Assembly (NCBI RefSeq): GCF_964204645.1
Contig: NC_134032.1
Coordinates: 11,644,275-11,708,274, forward strand
DNA from: Tubulanus polymorphus
Taxonomy: Eukaryota; Animalia; Nemertea
Length of the DNA stretch: 64,000 nucleotides
Direction of reading: 5' to 3'
Numbering within the stretch: the first letter of the stretch is position 1; every line of letters begins with the position of its first letter. The notes below the pieces were generated by a model that saw nothing but the letters and a program-made list of their open reading frames with translations, was not told where the DNA came from and ran no database searches. Positions 62,246 through 64,000 of this stretch are shown piece by piece. Both the position numbers and the translations under genes were made by a program.

Positions 62246-64000
62246 ATTTATGAATGTGTACAGGATATCCTGAACATTAATGGTTATTTTGAACCAGGAT
62301 TTGATGCGGGGATAGAACAATAAGTGCCGCAGCATGGTTCATCCATTCAGTTCTTATCATTGATAGAAATGGTAATCAGTAAAATGAATCACTCGTTGTA
62401 AAAATTGATCTACTTTTGTCGTTGAAAACCGAACTGAACTGGATGAATTTCTATCAAAAATGACTCGCGATGGAGGATGGCCAGTCTTTAGATTAAACTC
62501 TCCATTGTTTTCGTACCGAAGTTGAGAAACTTTCTCGGTTTATAAAGCGCTTGAATCTTGAATCAGTTCGTGCTGTAGAATTTAGCCAATGATGTCATGA
62601 AGCGATCCTTTAGGAATGTGAGCTGCCTCCAGTCGGCGTGGGAATCCGATTCTGTAGAGGAAGTGGTCAACCACTGTAGCTGCAACCGGTTGAGAGTCTG
62701 GACGAGGTTATTTCCGTCTCGTTGCGCATGCAGGTATTGCCACATATCCTCATCAACAACTATTACCTCCCGGAAATCCTAATGCAGTTAGATAGCAGAA
62801 GACATCACGTCACTGTGGTATCTGCGGTTTACCAGCTATTGCTCAATGTTACTTATGAAAATAATGTTTACTGATGCAACTCCTCTCTGTCGGGTTTTTC
62901 GTTCGTCTGAGATGAGGTTATAATCGAAACCGGAATCTATACGTCCCAGACAGAAATTTCCGGCCAACAACGCGAACTGAGATTTTCCCCCGACCTCACA
63001 GTTGATTTGTTTTTAGAATCATGAATTGTTTATCTAATTCTTAGAGAATTCGCAATACTAAAAGCTTAGCTAATGTTCATCCGTTACACCATCCAACAAC
63101 CCCCCCCCCCCCCCACTGGTTGGGGTAGGTTTGTAAGGCACCCCAAAAAAAATCAAACGAAGTATCAAATAAGTAACAGGGGGAATCCCTATTTTAAGTT
63201 TAGAAAAATGGTCATCAGTTGACGATCGCAGCATTTGGAGTCACCTTTTCTCAAGTGGGTGGCTCCGGTTGGACTCGGTTTCGGCTTCGGCTTAGAAAGT
63301 CCATCGTTTAGCTACTAATCGTTTCTGGTCAAACGAAAGTTGTGGCTCTTCGAAATTGGAGGGCGTCTTCTCATGTGAGAACGTCGAAAATATTCGGAAT
63401 CGGAGCCCATAAACATACTGCTGGGCCCTAGAATGTATCTGGTAGAATATTGGGAAAGGATCGATATCTAACTTAATTTTCTCTGGTTTAATGAAAATGA
63501 AAGCGCGACGCTCTTCAAGATTGTGGGACCCTTTTTTCAATTAAGGCCGACAAACGGTTTACTATAAACTATAGCAGCTGTAGAAATATCCGTTGTATGC
63601 GGGAACAAAAAATCGATATCTAACATAATTTCACCGAGTTGTTGCAAAATTTCAGAACGGCCGTTTATCGGAATGAATGTCAAACGTTCCTCGATTGAAT
63701 TACACGAATAACAATGCCGCATAATGTCGACACTTTATGAATGAAAATATTTACACTGCGGGCGCCGAGCACGCGCGCGCGCGCGATATTTCGCAATCGA
63801 AATTCCGATATCGTTGACATTTTTCATGAATCGACGACGATCTGAACTGGCGTGACCTCCCCATTCTCCCAGCGCGCGGGAATCTATTTTACTGTCACGA
63901 GGTGGAAATGGCTGCGGTTTCCGATGTTGTTGCTCAATTCTTTACGACCGGGTCCCGGATCGACTCCGGTGCACTTCGACGAACTTGCGATCTGTTTATG

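Overview
Gene-dense eukaryotic (invertebrate, probably spiralian) genomic DNA with GT-AG introns. 1-8.5 kb: a tandem array of at least nine same-strand terminal exons, each encoding a variable linker plus two C2H2 zinc fingers and a stop. All eight complete exons start at an AG|G acceptor in identical phase 1, and two have no usable Met. They look like mutually exclusive 3' exons of one upstream gene (lola/mod(mdg4)/fruitless-like architecture). This is the most striking system in the window. 10.3-19.5 kb: 9-exon cytoplasmic poly(A)-binding protein gene with a TATA/TOP start, an A-rich 5'UTR and intronic box C/D snoRNAs (three SNORD43/snR70-type copies and one candidate U2 guide). 19.7-25.9 kb: a tandem partial PABP duplicate with an open reading frame for RRM3-RRM4-linker only. 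Then a single-exon class A GPCR (-), an NR1J/HR96-like nuclear receptor (-), Elongin A (-) head-to-head with a KLHDC9-like kelch gene (+), SNRNP48 (-) tail-to-tail with the kelch gene, and the first two coding exons of a Tribbles pseudokinase (+). Many short non-autonomous DNA transposons and SINE heads are interspersed. Exon coordinates were read by hand and may be off by a few bases; no database searches were run.
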